Of a DNA stretch of 48,551 bases, positions 9,523 through 21,397 are shown one piece after another. The position numbers and the translations under genes were made by a program. Under the pieces are notes generated by a model. It saw nothing but the letters and a program-made list of their open reading frames with translations. It did no database searches and was not told the origin of the DNA. The stretch comes from Thiomicrorhabdus sp. (GTDB taxonomy: Bacteria > Pseudomonadota > Gammaproteobacteria > Thiomicrospirales > Thiomicrospiraceae), in assembly GCA_027068835.1 (NCBI GenBank), contig JAMOLY010000035.1, positions 1 through 48,551 on the forward strand. Reading direction: 5' to 3'. Position 1 is the stretch's first letter. Every line of letters starts with the position of its first letter.

Positions 9523-12114
9523 TTACTTAGACTCAACCCAAGCCACCACCGACTCCAATGCCGCCGCCAATTTGCTGGGATCGTTTCCACCCGCTTGCGC
9601 TAAATCGGGACGGCCGCCGCCTTTGCCACCCACTTGAGTGGCAACGTGATTCACAAGTTCGCCCGCTTTGTACTGCTTTGTTGCCGATTTACTAACCCCT
9701 GCCACAATGCTAATTTTATCGCCATCTACCGCAGACAAGACAATCACCGCAGGTTCCAGTTTATCTTTAAGTTTATCCATGGTATCACGTAACACACCGC
9801 TGTCGGCACCCTCCATCTTGACGGCTAAGACATTTACCTCGCCCACTTTCACCGCTTGACTGGCCATGTCGTTGCCTTGCGATACCGCCAGTTTGGATTG
9901 CAGTTGTTTCAGCTCTTTTTCAAGCGTTTTGTAATCGCTCACCATTTGGGTGATTTTGCTCTCAATTTGGCTTTTGTCTGTTTTAATCGTTTGTGCAACC
10001 AAAGCGAGCGTGTCGTCACTTTGGTAGATGGCATTCCACGCATCCAATCCTGTGACCGCTTCAATTCGACGCACACCTGAGGCGATGCCACTTTCCGATA
10101 CAATACGGAACGGGCCAATTTCACCCAGTGCATTCACGTGAGTTCCACCGCACAGCTCAATGGAAAAATCGCCCATATCGACCACTCGAACGGTGTCGCC
10201 GTATTTTTCGCCAAACAGTGCCATCGCGCCTTTGTCTTTGGCGGTTTCAATGTCCATCTCCGCCATGCCCACTTTGGCATTGGCTAAAATGTGTTGATTC
10301 ACTAACTGTTCAACTTGACGTAACTGCTCGGTCGAAATCGGTTCAAAATGTGAAAAATCAAAACGTAAACGATCCGACTTAACCAGTGACCCTTTTTGCC
10401 CCACATGCGCCCCCAAAATATCACGCAATGCAGCGTGTAAAAGATGGGTGGCGGAATGATTGCGTTCACAGGCACGGCGATTTTCAACATTCACCTTGGC
10501 ATGAAGCACTTGGTTTACGTTCATCGCCCCCGCCGAGACTACGCCTTGATGCAAAAAGAGCGACCCTTGTTTTTGGGTATCATTTACATGAAAGCTGTTC
10601 ATGCCTTCGGTTAAACTGCCGCTGTCACCCGCTTGTCCACCCGATTCTGCATAGAATGGGGTGCTGTCTAAAATAATGATGGCTTCTTTACCCTGCTCAA
10701 CTGATTGCACTGACGCGCCTTCCACAAAAATCGCCAGTATTTTCGCGTCGGCTTCGTCATTGTCGTACCCTACAAACTGCGTTTCAGCATCAAAGGCGAT
10801 GCGCGCTTGACTGCTTGAGCCAAAATTACTGGCCGAACGTGCGCGTTCACGCTGTGCTTCCATCGCTTGTGCAAAGCCTGATTCGTCAATCGACAATCCT
10901 TTTTCACGCGCCACATCGGCGGTTAAATCCAGCGGAAAACCGTAGGTGTCGTACAATTTAAAAGCAACGTCACCATCCACAACTGTTCCATCCATGTCGG
11001 CAATGTACGCTTCCAACAGTTTCATGCCGTTCTCTAAGGTCTCAGCAAAACGCTCCTCTTCCAGCTTTAATACACGTTCAACATTGGCTTGTTCTGAGGC
11101 CAGTTCAGGATAAGCTTCGCCCATCTGTTCCACTAAGGTGGCAACCAAATTGTAAAAGAATGGATTGGTTTGTCCCAACTTGTAGCCATGACGAATCGCA
11201 CGGCGAATGATGCGACGCAATACATAGCCTCGCCCTTCATTTGAGGGCAATACGCCATCGGCAATGGTAAAGGCACACGAACGAATGTGATCGGAAATCA
11301 CGCGTAGGGAGTTGTTGCTCAGGTCTTGCTCACCCGTTAAGTGTGAGGCCTTTTTAATTAAGGCTTGAAACAGATCAATATCATAGTTGTTATGCACGCC
11401 CTGCATCACCGCAGCCAAACGCTCTAAGCCCATGCCCGTGTCCACGGAAGGCTTAGGCAAAGGCGTTAAGGTGCCGTCACTGGAACGATCAAACTGCATG
11501 AAAACGAGGTTCCAAATTTCAATGTAGCGATCGCCGTCCTCTTCGGGGGTACCCGGTGGGCCGCCTGCAACGTCTTCGCCGTGGTCGTAAAAAATTTCAG
11601 AGCATGGGCCACAAGGCCCTGTATCGCCCATCGACCAAAAGTTGTCTTTGGCGCCACAGCGTGAAAAACGTTCAGAGCTGACCTTCATCTCTTTTAGCCA
11701 GATATCCGCGGCTTCGTCGTCCTCTTCAAAAACAGTGACCCATAACTTGTCTTCAGGCAAGTTTAAGGTTTTGGTTAAAAACTCCCACGCAAACTCAATC
11801 GCTTCTTTTTTAAAGTAATCGCCAAAGCTAAAGTTACCGAGCATTTCAAAAAAAGTGTGGTGACGAGCCGTATACCCTACGTTCTCTAAATCGTTGTGTT
11901 TTCCACCCGCGCGAATACAGCGTTGCACACTGGTTGCACGCGTGTAAGCACGAGGTTCTTGGCCTAGAAATGTCTCTTTAAACGGCACCATTCCTGCATT
12001 GGTAAACAATAACGTGGGATCATTGGCTGGCACCACAGGACTGGAATGCACGACGGTATGATTTTTTTGAATGTAAAAATCAAGAAATGCTTGTCTGAGT
12101 TCTGAGCTCGTCAT
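9523..12114 (-). CDS. alaS: alanine--tRNA ligase
   Basis: [60 protein letters not shown]. Confidence 0.99.
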   Translation of the reverse strand: MTSSELRQAFLDFYIQKNHTVVHSSPVVPANDPTLLFTNAGMVPFKETFLGQEPRAYTRATSVQRCIRAGGKHNDLENVGYTARHHTFFEMLGNFSFGDYFKKEAIEFAWEFLTKTLNLPEDKLWVTVFEEDDEAADIWLKEMKVSSERFSRCGAKDNFWSMGDTGPCGPCSEIFYDHGEDVAGGPPGTPEEDGDRYIEIWNLVFMQFDRSSDGTLTPLPKPSVDTGMGLERLAAVMQGVHNNYDIDLFQALIKKASHLTGEQDLSNNSLRVISDHIRSCAFTIADGVLPSNEGRGYVLRRIIRRAIRHGYKLGQTNPFFYNLVATLVEQMGEAYPELASEQANVERVLKLEEERFAETLENGMKLLEAYIADMDGTVVDGDVAFKLYDTYGFPLDLTADVAREKGLSIDESGFAQAMEAQRERARSASNFGSSSQARIAFDAETQFVGYDNDEADAKILAIFVEGASVQSVEQGKEAIIILDSTPFYAESGGQAGDSGSLTEGMNSFHVNDTQKQGSLFLHQGVVSAGAMNVNQVLHAKVNVENRRACERNHSATHLLHAALRDILGAHVGQKGSLVKSDRLRFDFSHFEPISTEQLRQVEQLVNQHILANAKVGMAEMDIETAKDKGAMALFGEKYGDTVRVVDMGDFSIELCGGTHVNALGEIGPFRIVSESGIASGVRRIEAVTGLDAWNAIYQSDDTLALVAQTIKTDKSQIESKITQMVSDYKTLEKELKQLQSKLAVSQGNDMASQAVKVGEVNVLAVKMEGADSGVLRDTMDKLKDKLEPAVIVLSAVDGDKISIVAGVSKSATKQYKAGELVNHVATQVGGKGGGRPDLAQAGGNDPSKLAAALESVVAWVESK

Positions 12115-12135
12115 AATGTTAATAACCTTAAAAAT

Positions 12136-12723
12136 TTATTTCCGAAATGCTTTCCAGATAATTTCTGAAGAAAACCCTCGGCTTTGTAAAAATCGCATAC
12201 GTTTTGCTTGTTCTTTTTTTTCGGTTGGGTGCTGAACATCCCCGTATTTTTTAAGTAATACGTCTTGCGCTAATGCCAGCCATTCACTGTCGTCCCAATC
12301 TAAATACGTCGCAATCAAATCACTTCGATCCGATGCCACGGTTAACTTTTGGCGTATTTTAATGGGGCCACTGCCTTTTGCCGCCCAGTTACGAACCGAT
12401 TGTTCAATGTAACGCTCGTCACTTTGCCAGTTATTGGCTTGGCAATGCTGCAATACATCGTCCACTACCAAAGCAACAAACCCCGACACTTCTTGATACT
12501 CTGCCAACAACTCAGGCGTTTCAGGAAACTTAGTCAACAGTTTAGACTTTAGCTCTTTCGCACCGTGCTCTCGAATGCCCAATAGGTAAACCGCGCGCGA
12601 TTCAATTTGTTTCTGTAATTTAAATTTATCCCCCCCCTCTTCAAGCAAGGGGGGGGATAAATTTTCAAGCTCATCTGAGACAGAAAACCCGATCTCTTTT
12701 AAAAAGTCTTCGGCTTGTTTCAA
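12136..12723 (-). CDS. recX: regulatory protein RecX
   Basis: LLGIREHGAKEL, QSDERY, GPIKIRQKL, KRMRFLQSRGF; directly after recA. Start (TTG) uncertain. Confidence 0.9.
   Translation of the reverse strand: MKQAEDFLKEIGFSVSDELENLSPPLLEEGGDKFKLQKQIESRAVYLLGIREHGAKELKSKLLTKFPETPELLAEYQEVSGFVALVVDDVLQHCQANNWQSDERYIEQSVRNWAAKGSGPIKIRQKLTVASDRSDLIATYLDWDDSEWLALAQDVLLKKYGDVQHPTEKKEQAKRMRFLQSRGFSSEIIWKAFRK
12622..12664. repeat. perfect 17-bp C8/G8 inverted repeat inside recX
   Basis: AAATTTAT-C8-T (12622-12638), 9-nt loop, A-G8-ATAAATTT (12648-12664). Confidence 0.85.
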
Positions 12724-12726
12724 GGC

Positions 12727-13776
12727 TTACTTGGTCTTTGCAGAGGTTTCTTTATCGGCAGCAGACTTGTCGGCTTTTTCAGCTTTAGCTGGCATTAAAA
12801 CGGCTTTGATTTTATCCATCACCTCTTCGGCAACGTCTGGGTTATCCAACAAATATTGGCGCACATTGTCTTTACCTTGCCCAATCTTTTTACCGTCATA
12901 AGCGTACCAAGAACCCGACTTTTCAATAAAGCCCTCTTTTACACCTAAATCAATGATTTCACCTTCACGTGAAATGCCTTGACCATACAAAATATCAAAC
13001 TGAACTTGTTTAAAAGGTGGTGCAACTTTGTTTTTAACCACTTTCACGCGGGTCTCATTCCCCAAGATTTCGTCGCCTTTTTTAATGGCACCAATACGAC
13101 GAATATCCAAACGCACGGAGGCATAAAACTTAAGTGCATTTCCGCCCGTGGTGGTTTCTGGGTTTCCAAACATCACCCCAATTTTCATACGCAATTGGTT
13201 GATAAAAATCACCAACGTATTGGTGCGTTTAATATTAGAAGTTAATTTACGCAACGCCTGCGACATTAATCGCGCTTGAAGTCCCATATGAGAGTCGCCC
13301 ATATCGCCTTCAATTTCCGCTTTAGGCGTTAAGGCCGCCACCGAATCAATGACCACAATATCCACCGCACCTGAACGTACTAATGAGTCGGTAATTTCCA
13401 ACGCTTGCTCACCCGTATCGGGCTGAGAAACCAGTAAATTATCGACATCCACACCCAACTTTTCAGCATACAGAGGATCCAACGCGTGCTCCGCATCAAT
13501 AAACGCTGCCGTACCGCCCAGTTTTTGCATTTCGGCAATTACATGCAAGGTTAAGGTGGTTTTACCCGACGACTCAGGGCCATAAATTTCAACCACACGC
13601 CCTTTCGGTAAACCGCCAATGCCAAGCGCTAGATCTAACCCTAATGATCCCGTTGAAACATATTCAATATCACGAGAAACGTTGCTGTCCCCCATACGCA
13701 TAATAGACCCTTTACCAAATTGTTTTTCAATTTGACCTAAGGCAGCCGCCAGTGCTTTTTTCTTATTGTCGTCCAT
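12727..13776 (-). CDS. recA: recombinase RecA
   Basis: [33 protein letters not shown]. Start at ATG 13776 with an AAGGA RBS. Confidence 0.99.
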   Translation of the reverse strand: MDDNKKKALAAALGQIEKQFGKGSIMRMGDSNVSRDIEYVSTGSLGLDLALGIGGLPKGRVVEIYGPESSGKTTLTLHVIAEMQKLGGTAAFIDAEHALDPLYAEKLGVDVDNLLVSQPDTGEQALEITDSLVRSGAVDIVVIDSVAALTPKAEIEGDMGDSHMGLQARLMSQALRKLTSNIKRTNTLVIFINQLRMKIGVMFGNPETTTGGNALKFYASVRLDIRRIGAIKKGDEILGNETRVKVVKNKVAPPFKQVQFDILYGQGISREGEIIDLGVKEGFIEKSGSWYAYDGKKIGQGKDNVRQYLLDNPDVAEEVMDKIKAVLMPAKAEKADKSAADKETSAKTK

Positions 13777-13888
13777 TGTATGCGTTTCCTTTTTGAGTGC
13801 GCGTTTATCCAAGGTATCCGTTCAGTGCGATTCATTTGCAAGCGCGGGATTATCCCATAATTTTGGTTTAAATCCTACCGAGAATTTT

Positions 13889-14380
13889 CTAATAACTTTT
13901 CTTTAATAACTTTAAAATGCCTTGCAGAGCTGCTTCAGTCGTTTTCTCACGTACCGCTTGACGATCGCCCGAAAATAAAAAGCACTCCGATACCACCGAG
14001 TCTTGCCCCTGAATCGCCCACGCAATCCAAACCGTTCCGACAGGTTTATCAAGCGACGCCCCCGTTGGCCCCGCAATGCCACTGCATGAAACACTGACCT
14101 TGGCATGAGATTGTTGCAACGCTCCCAACGCCATCTCTTCAACACACTGCTGACTCACCGCCCCTTTTTTTTGAATGGTCATTTCCGCAACGCCCAGCAT
14201 CTCTTTTTTAGACTCGTAACTGTAGGTAATATACGCCCGATCAAACCAAGCTGTACTGCCCCCAATAGAGGTTAACGCCTCGGCAATCATGCCCCCCGTA
14301 CACGATTCTGCGGTAACCACCATGGATTGGTGTTCTGTTAATGCTTGGCCTACTTGGCCTACTAGTTTTTCAAAATTCAT
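13889..14380 (-). CDS. pncC: CinA/PncC-family NMN deamidase
   Basis: TAESCTGG, GAVS, SGIAGPTG, KPVGTVW; standard position upstream of recA. Confidence 0.9.
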   Translation of the reverse strand: MNFEKLVGQVGQALTEHQSMVVTAESCTGGMIAEALTSIGGSTAWFDRAYITYSYESKKEMLGVAEMTIQKKGAVSQQCVEEMALGALQQSHAKVSVSCSGIAGPTGASLDKPVGTVWIAWAIQGQDSVVSECFLFSGDRQAVREKTTEAALQGILKLLKKSY

Positions 14381-14565
14381 AATTTAAAACCCTTTAACTA
14401 CTAAACTAATTTCAAAGCCTGCCGTTACCCAATTTACACACGATCAAACTAAAACTAAAAACCATAACAATAAAATGATAAACTCATCAAATGAATCGAT
14501 ATCAAAATGTACAAAAAATTGACTCCCCTTGTCGCAATTAAAACAATAGTAAAGGAATAAGCCTC

Positions 14566-16296
14566 ATGTTTGGTTCTTCAAAAAAAATAATTAACCTTGA
14601 GACAGAAAATCAAGCCCATAAAAATTTAATGAACGCCTTAAATCATTCGTTAGCGATTATTGAGTTTGACCCTTCAGGCTATATTTTGACGGCAAACGAA
14701 AATTTTTTAAACACCGTAGGCTACACTTTGTCAGAAATTCAAGGCAAACACCACCGTTTATTTGTCTCTAAAACGGAACAAGATGGCTTGGCTTATCAAT
14801 CCTTTTGGAACAAGCTTGCCAGCGGCGAAGCATTCAGTGGTCAATTTTCACGTATCGGAAAAAATGATAAACAAGTTTGGATCGAAGCCTCTTACAATCC
14901 AATAAAAGACCCCAGTGGTCAAGTATATAAAATTATTAAACTGGCTTCAGACATTACTGAAAAAATGCAACAAGACATTGAAGCAGAAGCCAAGCTTACC
15001 GCCATTAATGACAGCTACGCCGTTATTGAATTTGATGTCACAGGAAAAATATTAACGGCAAACACAAATTTTTGCAGTACCGTTGGCTACTCGCTTGATG
15101 AAATAATCGGCCAGCATCACCGTATATTTGTAGATCCAGAAGAAGTCTCACAACCCGCTTACCAAGAATTTTGGCAAAACCTTGCACAAGGCAAAGAGCA
15201 AACAGGCACGTTTAAACGCATTAGTAAACAGGGTAAGGACGTTTGGATACACGCCGCCTATATTCCTGTTGCATTTGAAGGTAAAGAACCGCATAAAGTC
15301 ATTAAAATCGCATCCGACATTACCACTCAAAAACTTAATGAGATTGAGCTGGCTAAAATGGTTTCCGAAGCCAGCACCGTATTGCAAAACATGTCTAAAG
15401 GCGTGCTTACCTACAACATCAATGGCGACTATTCCGGCGAGTTAGAGAACTTAAAACAAGACATTAACCACAGCGTAAACAATCAAGCTCAAGCACTGGG
15501 CAGCATTACAGAGGCCACAAGCTCGGTATTAAACTCGGCTAATGAAGTCACCATTGCGTCACAAGGACTGTCTCAACGAACACAAGAAATTGTACTGTCT
15601 GTCGAACAAACCAGTGCCAAAATGGACACGATTTTAAATCAAGTACAGAGCACTCACTCAAAAATAAACGACGCGAAAGAGAGCACGACAGAACAACAAG
15701 GCTTGATTCAGTCGGGTACCGATTTAATGAATACGTCACTCGAAGCGATGGAAAAAATTAAAAACTCTTCAGAAGAGATTACCAGTATTGTTACGTTAAT
15801 TGACACCATTGCCTTTCAAACCAACTTACTTGCATTGAATGCCGCGGTTGAAGCGGCAAGAGCGGGCGAACATGGACGTGGCTTTGCGGTTGTGGCAGGC
15901 GAAGTAAGAAGTTTGGCGCAAAAATCAGCCGAAGCTTCTAAAAATATTAAGCAACTCATTGAGCAGTCGGTAAAGCAATCCCAAGATGGTGTGAACATTG
16001 TATTACAACTGTCTGAAAAGCTAGAAAGTATTAAAGAAAAATCAAGCGAAGTTTCAAGTTTTATTGAAAGCGTAGGAATTTTGGCACAAGAGCAAACCTT
16101 AAGCATTGATGCAGTAAACCAAGAAATATCCAATATCGATGCTTCAACACAAGAAAACGCAGCCTTTGTTGAACAAGCCTCTGCCACCGCTGAAAACCTT
16201 TCTGAAAGATCGCAGGATGTTCAAAACATTTTAAGTCAGTTTGAACTCCCTTCGAGTACATCAACACAGCTAAACTCTGCGCTTAGGCTTAAATAG
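14566..16296 (+). CDS. soluble methyl-accepting chemotaxis protein with two PAS/PAC domains (BdlA-like)
   Basis: Two repeats of AIIEFD..G.ILTAN.NF...VGY..EI.G.HHR.FV, plus the MCP hairpin [27 protein letters not shown]. No transmembrane segment seen. Confidence 0.93.
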   Translation: MFGSSKKIINLETENQAHKNLMNALNHSLAIIEFDPSGYILTANENFLNTVGYTLSEIQGKHHRLFVSKTEQDGLAYQSFWNKLASGEAFSGQFSRIGKNDKQVWIEASYNPIKDPSGQVYKIIKLASDITEKMQQDIEAEAKLTAINDSYAVIEFDVTGKILTANTNFCSTVGYSLDEIIGQHHRIFVDPEEVSQPAYQEFWQNLAQGKEQTGTFKRISKQGKDVWIHAAYIPVAFEGKEPHKVIKIASDITTQKLNEIELAKMVSEASTVLQNMSKGVLTYNINGDYSGELENLKQDINHSVNNQAQALGSITEATSSVLNSANEVTIASQGLSQRTQEIVLSVEQTSAKMDTILNQVQSTHSKINDAKESTTEQQGLIQSGTDLMNTSLEAMEKIKNSSEEITSIVTLIDTIAFQTNLLALNAAVEAARAGEHGRGFAVVAGEVRSLAQKSAEASKNIKQLIEQSVKQSQDGVNIVLQLSEKLESIKEKSSEVSSFIESVGILAQEQTLSIDAVNQEISNIDASTQENAAFVEQASATAENLSERSQDVQNILSQFELPSSTSTQLNSALRLK

Positions 16297-16321
16297 TTTC
16301 TACTTATCTAAAGACAATACA

Positions 16322-16348
16322 GGTTAAATCCTTTTAAAGGATTTAACC
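16322..16348. promoter_or_regulatory. 13-bp-arm palindrome between MCP and mutS (terminator or operator)
   Basis: GGTTAAATCCTTT-T-AAAGGATTTAACC. Confidence 0.5.
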
Positions 16349-16405
16349 AAAAGCACTCAAATCATGTATCCTATTTCAAACTTAATTTTATATTGAAATA
16401 TTTCC

Positions 16406-19024
16406 ATGACAAAAGCAAAGACACAATCCTCTTCTACACCCACTCACACACCCATGATGCAACAGTACCTTGCCATCAAATCTGAACACCCAGACCATCT
16501 ACTGTTTTACCGAATGGGTGATTTTTATGAGTTATTTCATGATGACGCTAAAAAAGCCTCTGAACTATTGGAAATTACCTTAACCGCGCGAGGAAAATCG
16601 GGCGGCAATGCGATTCCGATGGCGGGTATTCCACATCATTCGGCTGAAGGATATTTGGCTAAATTGGTTAAGCTTGGGGTGTCAGTTGCAATTTGTGAAC
16701 AAGTGGGCGACGTGGCCACCAGCAAAGGGCCAGTGGAACGCAAAGTGGTTCGAGTCATTACACCAGGTACCTTGGTTGAGGATGCATTACTCGAAGATAA
16801 ATCCGAAAACTTATTGGCCGCTATCACACAACAAGGCGAATTTTATGGACTGGCGTATCTGGACGTTGCCAGTGGACGATTTGAAACCGCTGAACTCGAA
16901 ACACTCGCCCATCTGTACGCCGAAATTGAACGCATTAAACCTTCAGAACTTCTCTTGCCCGATGACGATCTTTTTAGACAATCTCTCGACGAATCGCTGT
17001 TAAAACGCGCGGGCGTTGTGCGTTATCCTAGTTGGCACTTTGAAGCCAAAAGCTGTTTTAAACGACTCACCGATCACTTTGGTACCAAAGATTTAATCGC
17101 TTTTGGTTGCAACCAAAAACTTGCGGCCATCAGTGCAGCGGGCAGTATTTTGCACTATGCGCAAAGCATGTTACAAAATACTTTGGGGCATATCCATACC
17201 CTGCAAACCTATTCAACCGAAGACAGCTTGGTACTGGATGCTATCAGCCGCCGAAATCTTGAAATTGACACCAATTTAAGTGGTGGCATAAATAATACTT
17301 TAGCGGCCATTTTAGACCAAACCGCCACGGCGATGGGGGGGAGACTTTTAAAACGCTGGTTAAATCAACCGCTTCGTAACCACGATGTTATTAACGGACG
17401 TTTAGATGCCATTAGCGCAATACTTGAACAACAAAGTGACGAAGACTTTCGCCAACCACTCAAAAAAATTGGTGACTTAGAACGTATTTTAAGCCGCGTG
17501 GCACTGATGTCTGCCCGCCCAAGAGACCTATTACATTTAGGGCGGTCACTCAATACCTTACCTGAATTACAAGCGCTACTGACACAACATTCGGTGCCAA
17601 AATTTCAAGCACTCGCTCAAAAAATCAATACCTTTCCCAAACTGGCAAAACTACTCGATGATGCCATTATTGAAAACCCGCCCATATTAATTCGAGATGG
17701 TGAAGTCATTGCCGAAGGCTACGACGCAGAGCTGGATACGTTAAGAAACCTCAAAAACGAGGCAGGAGGCTATCTCTTAGATTTAGAACAACGCGAACGT
17801 GAACGTACGGGCATTAATACACTTAAAGTCGGTTACAACCGTGTGCACGGTTACTACATTGAAATCAGTAAACTGCACATCGCACAAGTGCCAGCGGAGT
17901 ACATTCGCCGTCAAACCCTAAAAGCACAAGAACGCTACATTATTCCAGAACTGAAAACCTTTGAAGACAAAGTGTTAAGTGCGGGGGAAAAATCGCTTGC
18001 GCGTGAAAAGTGGCTCTATCAGCAACTGTTGGAAACGCTGAATAAATCATTGCAACCGTTACAAACCAGCGCCGCCGCCTTGGCCGAGCTGGACGTACTG
18101 GTCAACTTAGCATTGCAAGCAAAAGCACTCAATCTAACCCGCCCCGTCTTAACCGAACAAACGGGCATTAACATTGTACAAGGCCGCCACTTGACCGTCG
18201 AAGCGCTCTCAAGCGAACCGTTTATCCCTAACGACACGCTCTTTACCACAGAGCGACAACTGCAAATTATTACAGGGCCGAATATGGGAGGTAAATCCAC
18301 CTATATGCGCCAAACTGCGTTAATTACCTTAATGGCGTTTATGGGCAGTTTTGTGCCCGCAGAGTCCGCAACGCTTGGCCCCGTGGATCGCATCTTCACC
18401 CGAATTGGTGCATCCGACGATTTAACCTCAGGTCGCTCTACCTTTATGGTTGAGATGACGGAAACCGCCAATATTTTGTATCACGCCACTCACAATTCAC
18501 TGATTTTAATGGATGAAGTAGGACGTGGAACCTCTACCTTTGACGGATTAGCACTGGCTTGGGCAATTGCCGAACACATGGCGTTAAAAACCAAAGGATT
18601 GTGTCTGTTTGCCACGCACTACTTTGAACTGACGACCTTGGCAGAACAGTTTAACAACACTATTAACGTTCACTTAGATGCCATTGAGCACCAAGACAGC
18701 ATTGTCTTTTTACATCAAGTGCAAGAGGGGGCAGCCTCACAAAGTTATGGTTTACAGGTCGCCGCTTTAGCAGGCATCCCACAACCTGTAATTCAAAAAG
18801 CCAAAGAGGTGCTGTATCGCCTTGAGAACCAAAATGTGCAACAGAGCACATTAACACTGCCATTAGAACAAGCATCCGTACAGCAGTTTGATCTGTTTGC
18901 CGCACAAGTTGATCCAACGCTAGAGCAACTGAAAACTAAGCTACAAACCATTCAACCCGATGAAATGACACCTAAAATGGCGCTAGAAGTCCTTTATGAG
19001 TTAAAAGAGATCGTATTGCCCTGA
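16406..19024 (+). CDS. mutS: DNA mismatch repair protein MutS
   Basis: [46 protein letters not shown]. Confidence 0.99.
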   Translation: MTKAKTQSSSTPTHTPMMQQYLAIKSEHPDHLLFYRMGDFYELFHDDAKKASELLEITLTARGKSGGNAIPMAGIPHHSAEGYLAKLVKLGVSVAICEQVGDVATSKGPVERKVVRVITPGTLVEDALLEDKSENLLAAITQQGEFYGLAYLDVASGRFETAELETLAHLYAEIERIKPSELLLPDDDLFRQSLDESLLKRAGVVRYPSWHFEAKSCFKRLTDHFGTKDLIAFGCNQKLAAISAAGSILHYAQSMLQNTLGHIHTLQTYSTEDSLVLDAISRRNLEIDTNLSGGINNTLAAILDQTATAMGGRLLKRWLNQPLRNHDVINGRLDAISAILEQQSDEDFRQPLKKIGDLERILSRVALMSARPRDLLHLGRSLNTLPELQALLTQHSVPKFQALAQKINTFPKLAKLLDDAIIENPPILIRDGEVIAEGYDAELDTLRNLKNEAGGYLLDLEQRERERTGINTLKVGYNRVHGYYIEISKLHIAQVPAEYIRRQTLKAQERYIIPELKTFEDKVLSAGEKSLAREKWLYQQLLETLNKSLQPLQTSAAALAELDVLVNLALQAKALNLTRPVLTEQTGINIVQGRHLTVEALSSEPFIPNDTLFTTERQLQIITGPNMGGKSTYMRQTALITLMAFMGSFVPAESATLGPVDRIFTRIGASDDLTSGRSTFMVEMTETANILYHATHNSLILMDEVGRGTSTFDGLALAWAIAEHMALKTKGLCLFATHYFELTTLAEQFNNTINVHLDAIEHQDSIVFLHQVQEGAASQSYGLQVAALAGIPQPVIQKAKEVLYRLENQNVQQSTLTLPLEQASVQQFDLFAAQVDPTLEQLKTKLQTIQPDEMTPKMALEVLYELKEIVLP

Positions 19025-19092
19025 GATACTGATGCCCCAGCGATTAGGCGTTTGTAAAGTAAGCGAGCCATTGTCTCGTAAGAAACGGGGGT

Positions 19093-20853
19093 TCACTCAT
19101 TAAAACAACACGCTTTATTTTTTCCTGAACGTTTGGCTTGATACAGTGCAATATCGGTTTTTTTAATCAGTTCATCAATGCTAATATCGGTTTGATAAGT
19201 GGCAACACCTAAGCTGACCGTTACATTTTTTACCACTTCAAAAGGGTGGTTTTCGATCGCTAAACACAATCTTTTCGCCGTTAGAAACGCTGCATTGTGC
19301 TCTGTTTTGGGTAAAACAATCATAAATTCTTCACCCCCAAATCGACACAGCGTATCAACCTCTCTTAAAAATTGACAGGCTACTTTGGCCAATTCAATTA
19401 AGACTAAATCTCCTACATCATGACCGTACTGGTCATTAATAGATTTGAAATTATCGACATCTAATAATACCAATGAAAAAACATCTTTAAATCGCTTACT
19501 GCGCCTAACCTCCCCTTCCACTATTTTCATAAATGAAAAGCGATTATCAACACCTGTTAAGCAATCCGTTCGCGCAAGAATTTCAAGTTCATCATTTATA
19601 TCAGACAACGCTTCCGTTCTCTTTAATACCTTTTTTTCCAGCTGGTCATTCCAGTCGAGTAACTCGTTATTTTTTCTTTCAACTTCTAATCGATAACGCC
19701 ATAACAAACGATAGACAGCGAAAGACAGCAATATAGCGACTCCGATGGAAATGATAAAACTCAAAAAAGCGATTTTTAACAGTTGATCTAATTTCTTTTG
19801 ATTCAGCTTAACGCTTTCAATAGTATTCGGTGTTAACCCTCTCACAATGTCATCTGGGTAAAACCCACTGCCAACAATCCAGTCCGAATTAGGAACCGCT
19901 TTAACATAAGACAGCTTAAGCTCAACCTTATTTTGATTTGGGTTCATCCATTGATATTCAATAAATGTCGAATCAGAAGGATGTTGAGCCGCTTGTAATA
20001 TTTTTTTATACAATGTTTTAAACGCACTCGTCAGCTCAGCCGTTGCACCGTCTTTATAACTTAAGCCAACCCATTCAGAACGCGCACTGTTTAATAAAAT
20101 AGCACCCGTTAAGTCCATTACAAAAAAATAGTGCTGACTGCTTTCACTTAACTGACTAATTTCAAATAATAATTTGTTATTTGCTAACGTTGTTGCAATA
20201 TCCAAATATTCTGCCGACCCCATGTACCAATCATAAAATCCTAGGCTTTTTACAAAAGCCAATTGCTCAAATTGTGTATCCGTTCCAGTACTCGGGCGAG
20301 TAAAGGTATCCCATAAAAATCCTTCTCCTCCGTTACGAGTAAGCGCAATTTCTTCCTTAATCACTTCTCGTCCTGTTGCATCCTTAAAATCAATAATGGA
20401 TGTCCCCTCTAAATGCCGTAAATATTCAGGCGCTAATTGAAAATTTCCTTCAAAATCCAACATCCAAATAAAGCTTTCTCCTTTGTTCCAAACTAAGGGG
20501 CGCAATGCTTCAATAATTAAAGACTTCACTTCTTGTTCCGATTTAGTTGAAGCATAACGTTCATGCAAAGCGACTGCTATCCTGTAAGCATCATCTACGC
20601 GGAGCTGGATTCTGTCATGTAATTCATCTTTAATGACAGACTTTTGATAGGCTGCTAAATCCACAATACTATTAACTTTAGACTGAATAGATGCCTTCAC
20701 ACTATCTAGAGTGTTTTTTTCCATCATAGACACGCTGCTTTCCAGCTTTTCAGTCTCTGCTTGAATCATAATGTAAGAAAGCAGTGCCATCATCAATGGA
20801 ATAATCAGCATTGGGCCAATCGCTAATAATGTAATCCAATTTCTATGCTTCAT
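19093..20853 (-). CDS. membrane diguanylate cyclase with periplasmic Cache domains
   Basis: N-terminal TM, two Cache-like segments (KLSYVK...WIVGSGFY), second TM, DVDNFKSINDQYGHDVGD, RxxD I-site (REVD) and GGEEF. Confidence 0.92.
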   Translation of the reverse strand: MKHRNWITLLAIGPMLIIPLMMALLSYIMIQAETEKLESSVSMMEKNTLDSVKASIQSKVNSIVDLAAYQKSVIKDELHDRIQLRVDDAYRIAVALHERYASTKSEQEVKSLIIEALRPLVWNKGESFIWMLDFEGNFQLAPEYLRHLEGTSIIDFKDATGREVIKEEIALTRNGGEGFLWDTFTRPSTGTDTQFEQLAFVKSLGFYDWYMGSAEYLDIATTLANNKLLFEISQLSESSQHYFFVMDLTGAILLNSARSEWVGLSYKDGATAELTSAFKTLYKKILQAAQHPSDSTFIEYQWMNPNQNKVELKLSYVKAVPNSDWIVGSGFYPDDIVRGLTPNTIESVKLNQKKLDQLLKIAFLSFIISIGVAILLSFAVYRLLWRYRLEVERKNNELLDWNDQLEKKVLKRTEALSDINDELEILARTDCLTGVDNRFSFMKIVEGEVRRSKRFKDVFSLVLLDVDNFKSINDQYGHDVGDLVLIELAKVACQFLREVDTLCRFGGEEFMIVLPKTEHNAAFLTAKRLCLAIENHPFEVVKNVTVSLGVATYQTDISIDELIKKTDIALYQAKRSGKNKACCFNE

Positions 20854-20964
20854 AAAATGATAATCCAACCTAAGTTTATGACAAATCTAGCGTTAAAAGG
20901 ATATAAGGTTTGGAATAGACTATTTTGGCTACTGTTTAAGGCTATTTAAAACAAGGATGTTAAT

Positions 20965-20996
20965 AAAAAAAAAGCCCTGCATTGCAGGGCTTTTTT
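20965..20996 (-). terminator. intrinsic terminator of rpsO
   Basis: A9-GCCCTGCA-T-TGCAGGGC-T6. Confidence 0.85.
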
Positions 20997-21012
20997 AAAC
21001 GAATATAGAGGA

Positions 21013-21279
21013 TTACTTACGTAAACCAAGACGTTTAATAATAGAGAGGTATCTTTCACCATCTTTCTTGTGGATATAATCCAAAAGTTTACGACGACGA
21101 CTCACCAAACGTAATAAACCAGTACGAGAGTGGTTATCTTGTTTGTGAATTTTAAAATGCTCTGTTAAGTACTTAATACGCGCAGTTAAAAGTGCGATTT
21201 GAACTTCTGGTGAACCAGTGTCACCTTCTTTTGTTGCGTACTCTGCAACGATTTTTGCTTTAACTTCTGCGTTAAACAT
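21013..21279 (-). CDS. rpsO: 30S ribosomal protein S15
   Basis: [37 protein letters not shown]. Start at ATG 21279 with a GGAG RBS. Confidence 0.98.
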   Translation of the reverse strand: MFNAEVKAKIVAEYATKEGDTGSPEVQIALLTARIKYLTEHFKIHKQDNHSRTGLLRLVSRRRKLLDYIHKKDGERYLSIIKRLGLRK

Positions 21280-21378
21280 ACTTTTTTCTCCAGTATCGGT
21301 TTTAATAATATTGTCCATCTCCACAACCGATGATAGAAACGAACCCAAGTATTATACTAACTTACGTTTTTTACACAA
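21280..21378 (-). promoter_or_regulatory. rpsO promoter and structured leader (candidate S15 autoregulatory RNA)
   Basis: Minus-strand TATAAT at 21351-21356 and TTGTGT at 21373-21378. The leader pairing ATCGGTT/AACCGAT lies next to the RBS. Confidence 0.5.
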
Positions 21379-21397
21379 GGCAAGGCGTGTAAAATAG

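Noticed and set aside
14640-15330. Internal sequence repetition in the MCP gene
   Set aside because: Explained by tandem PAS/PAC domains.
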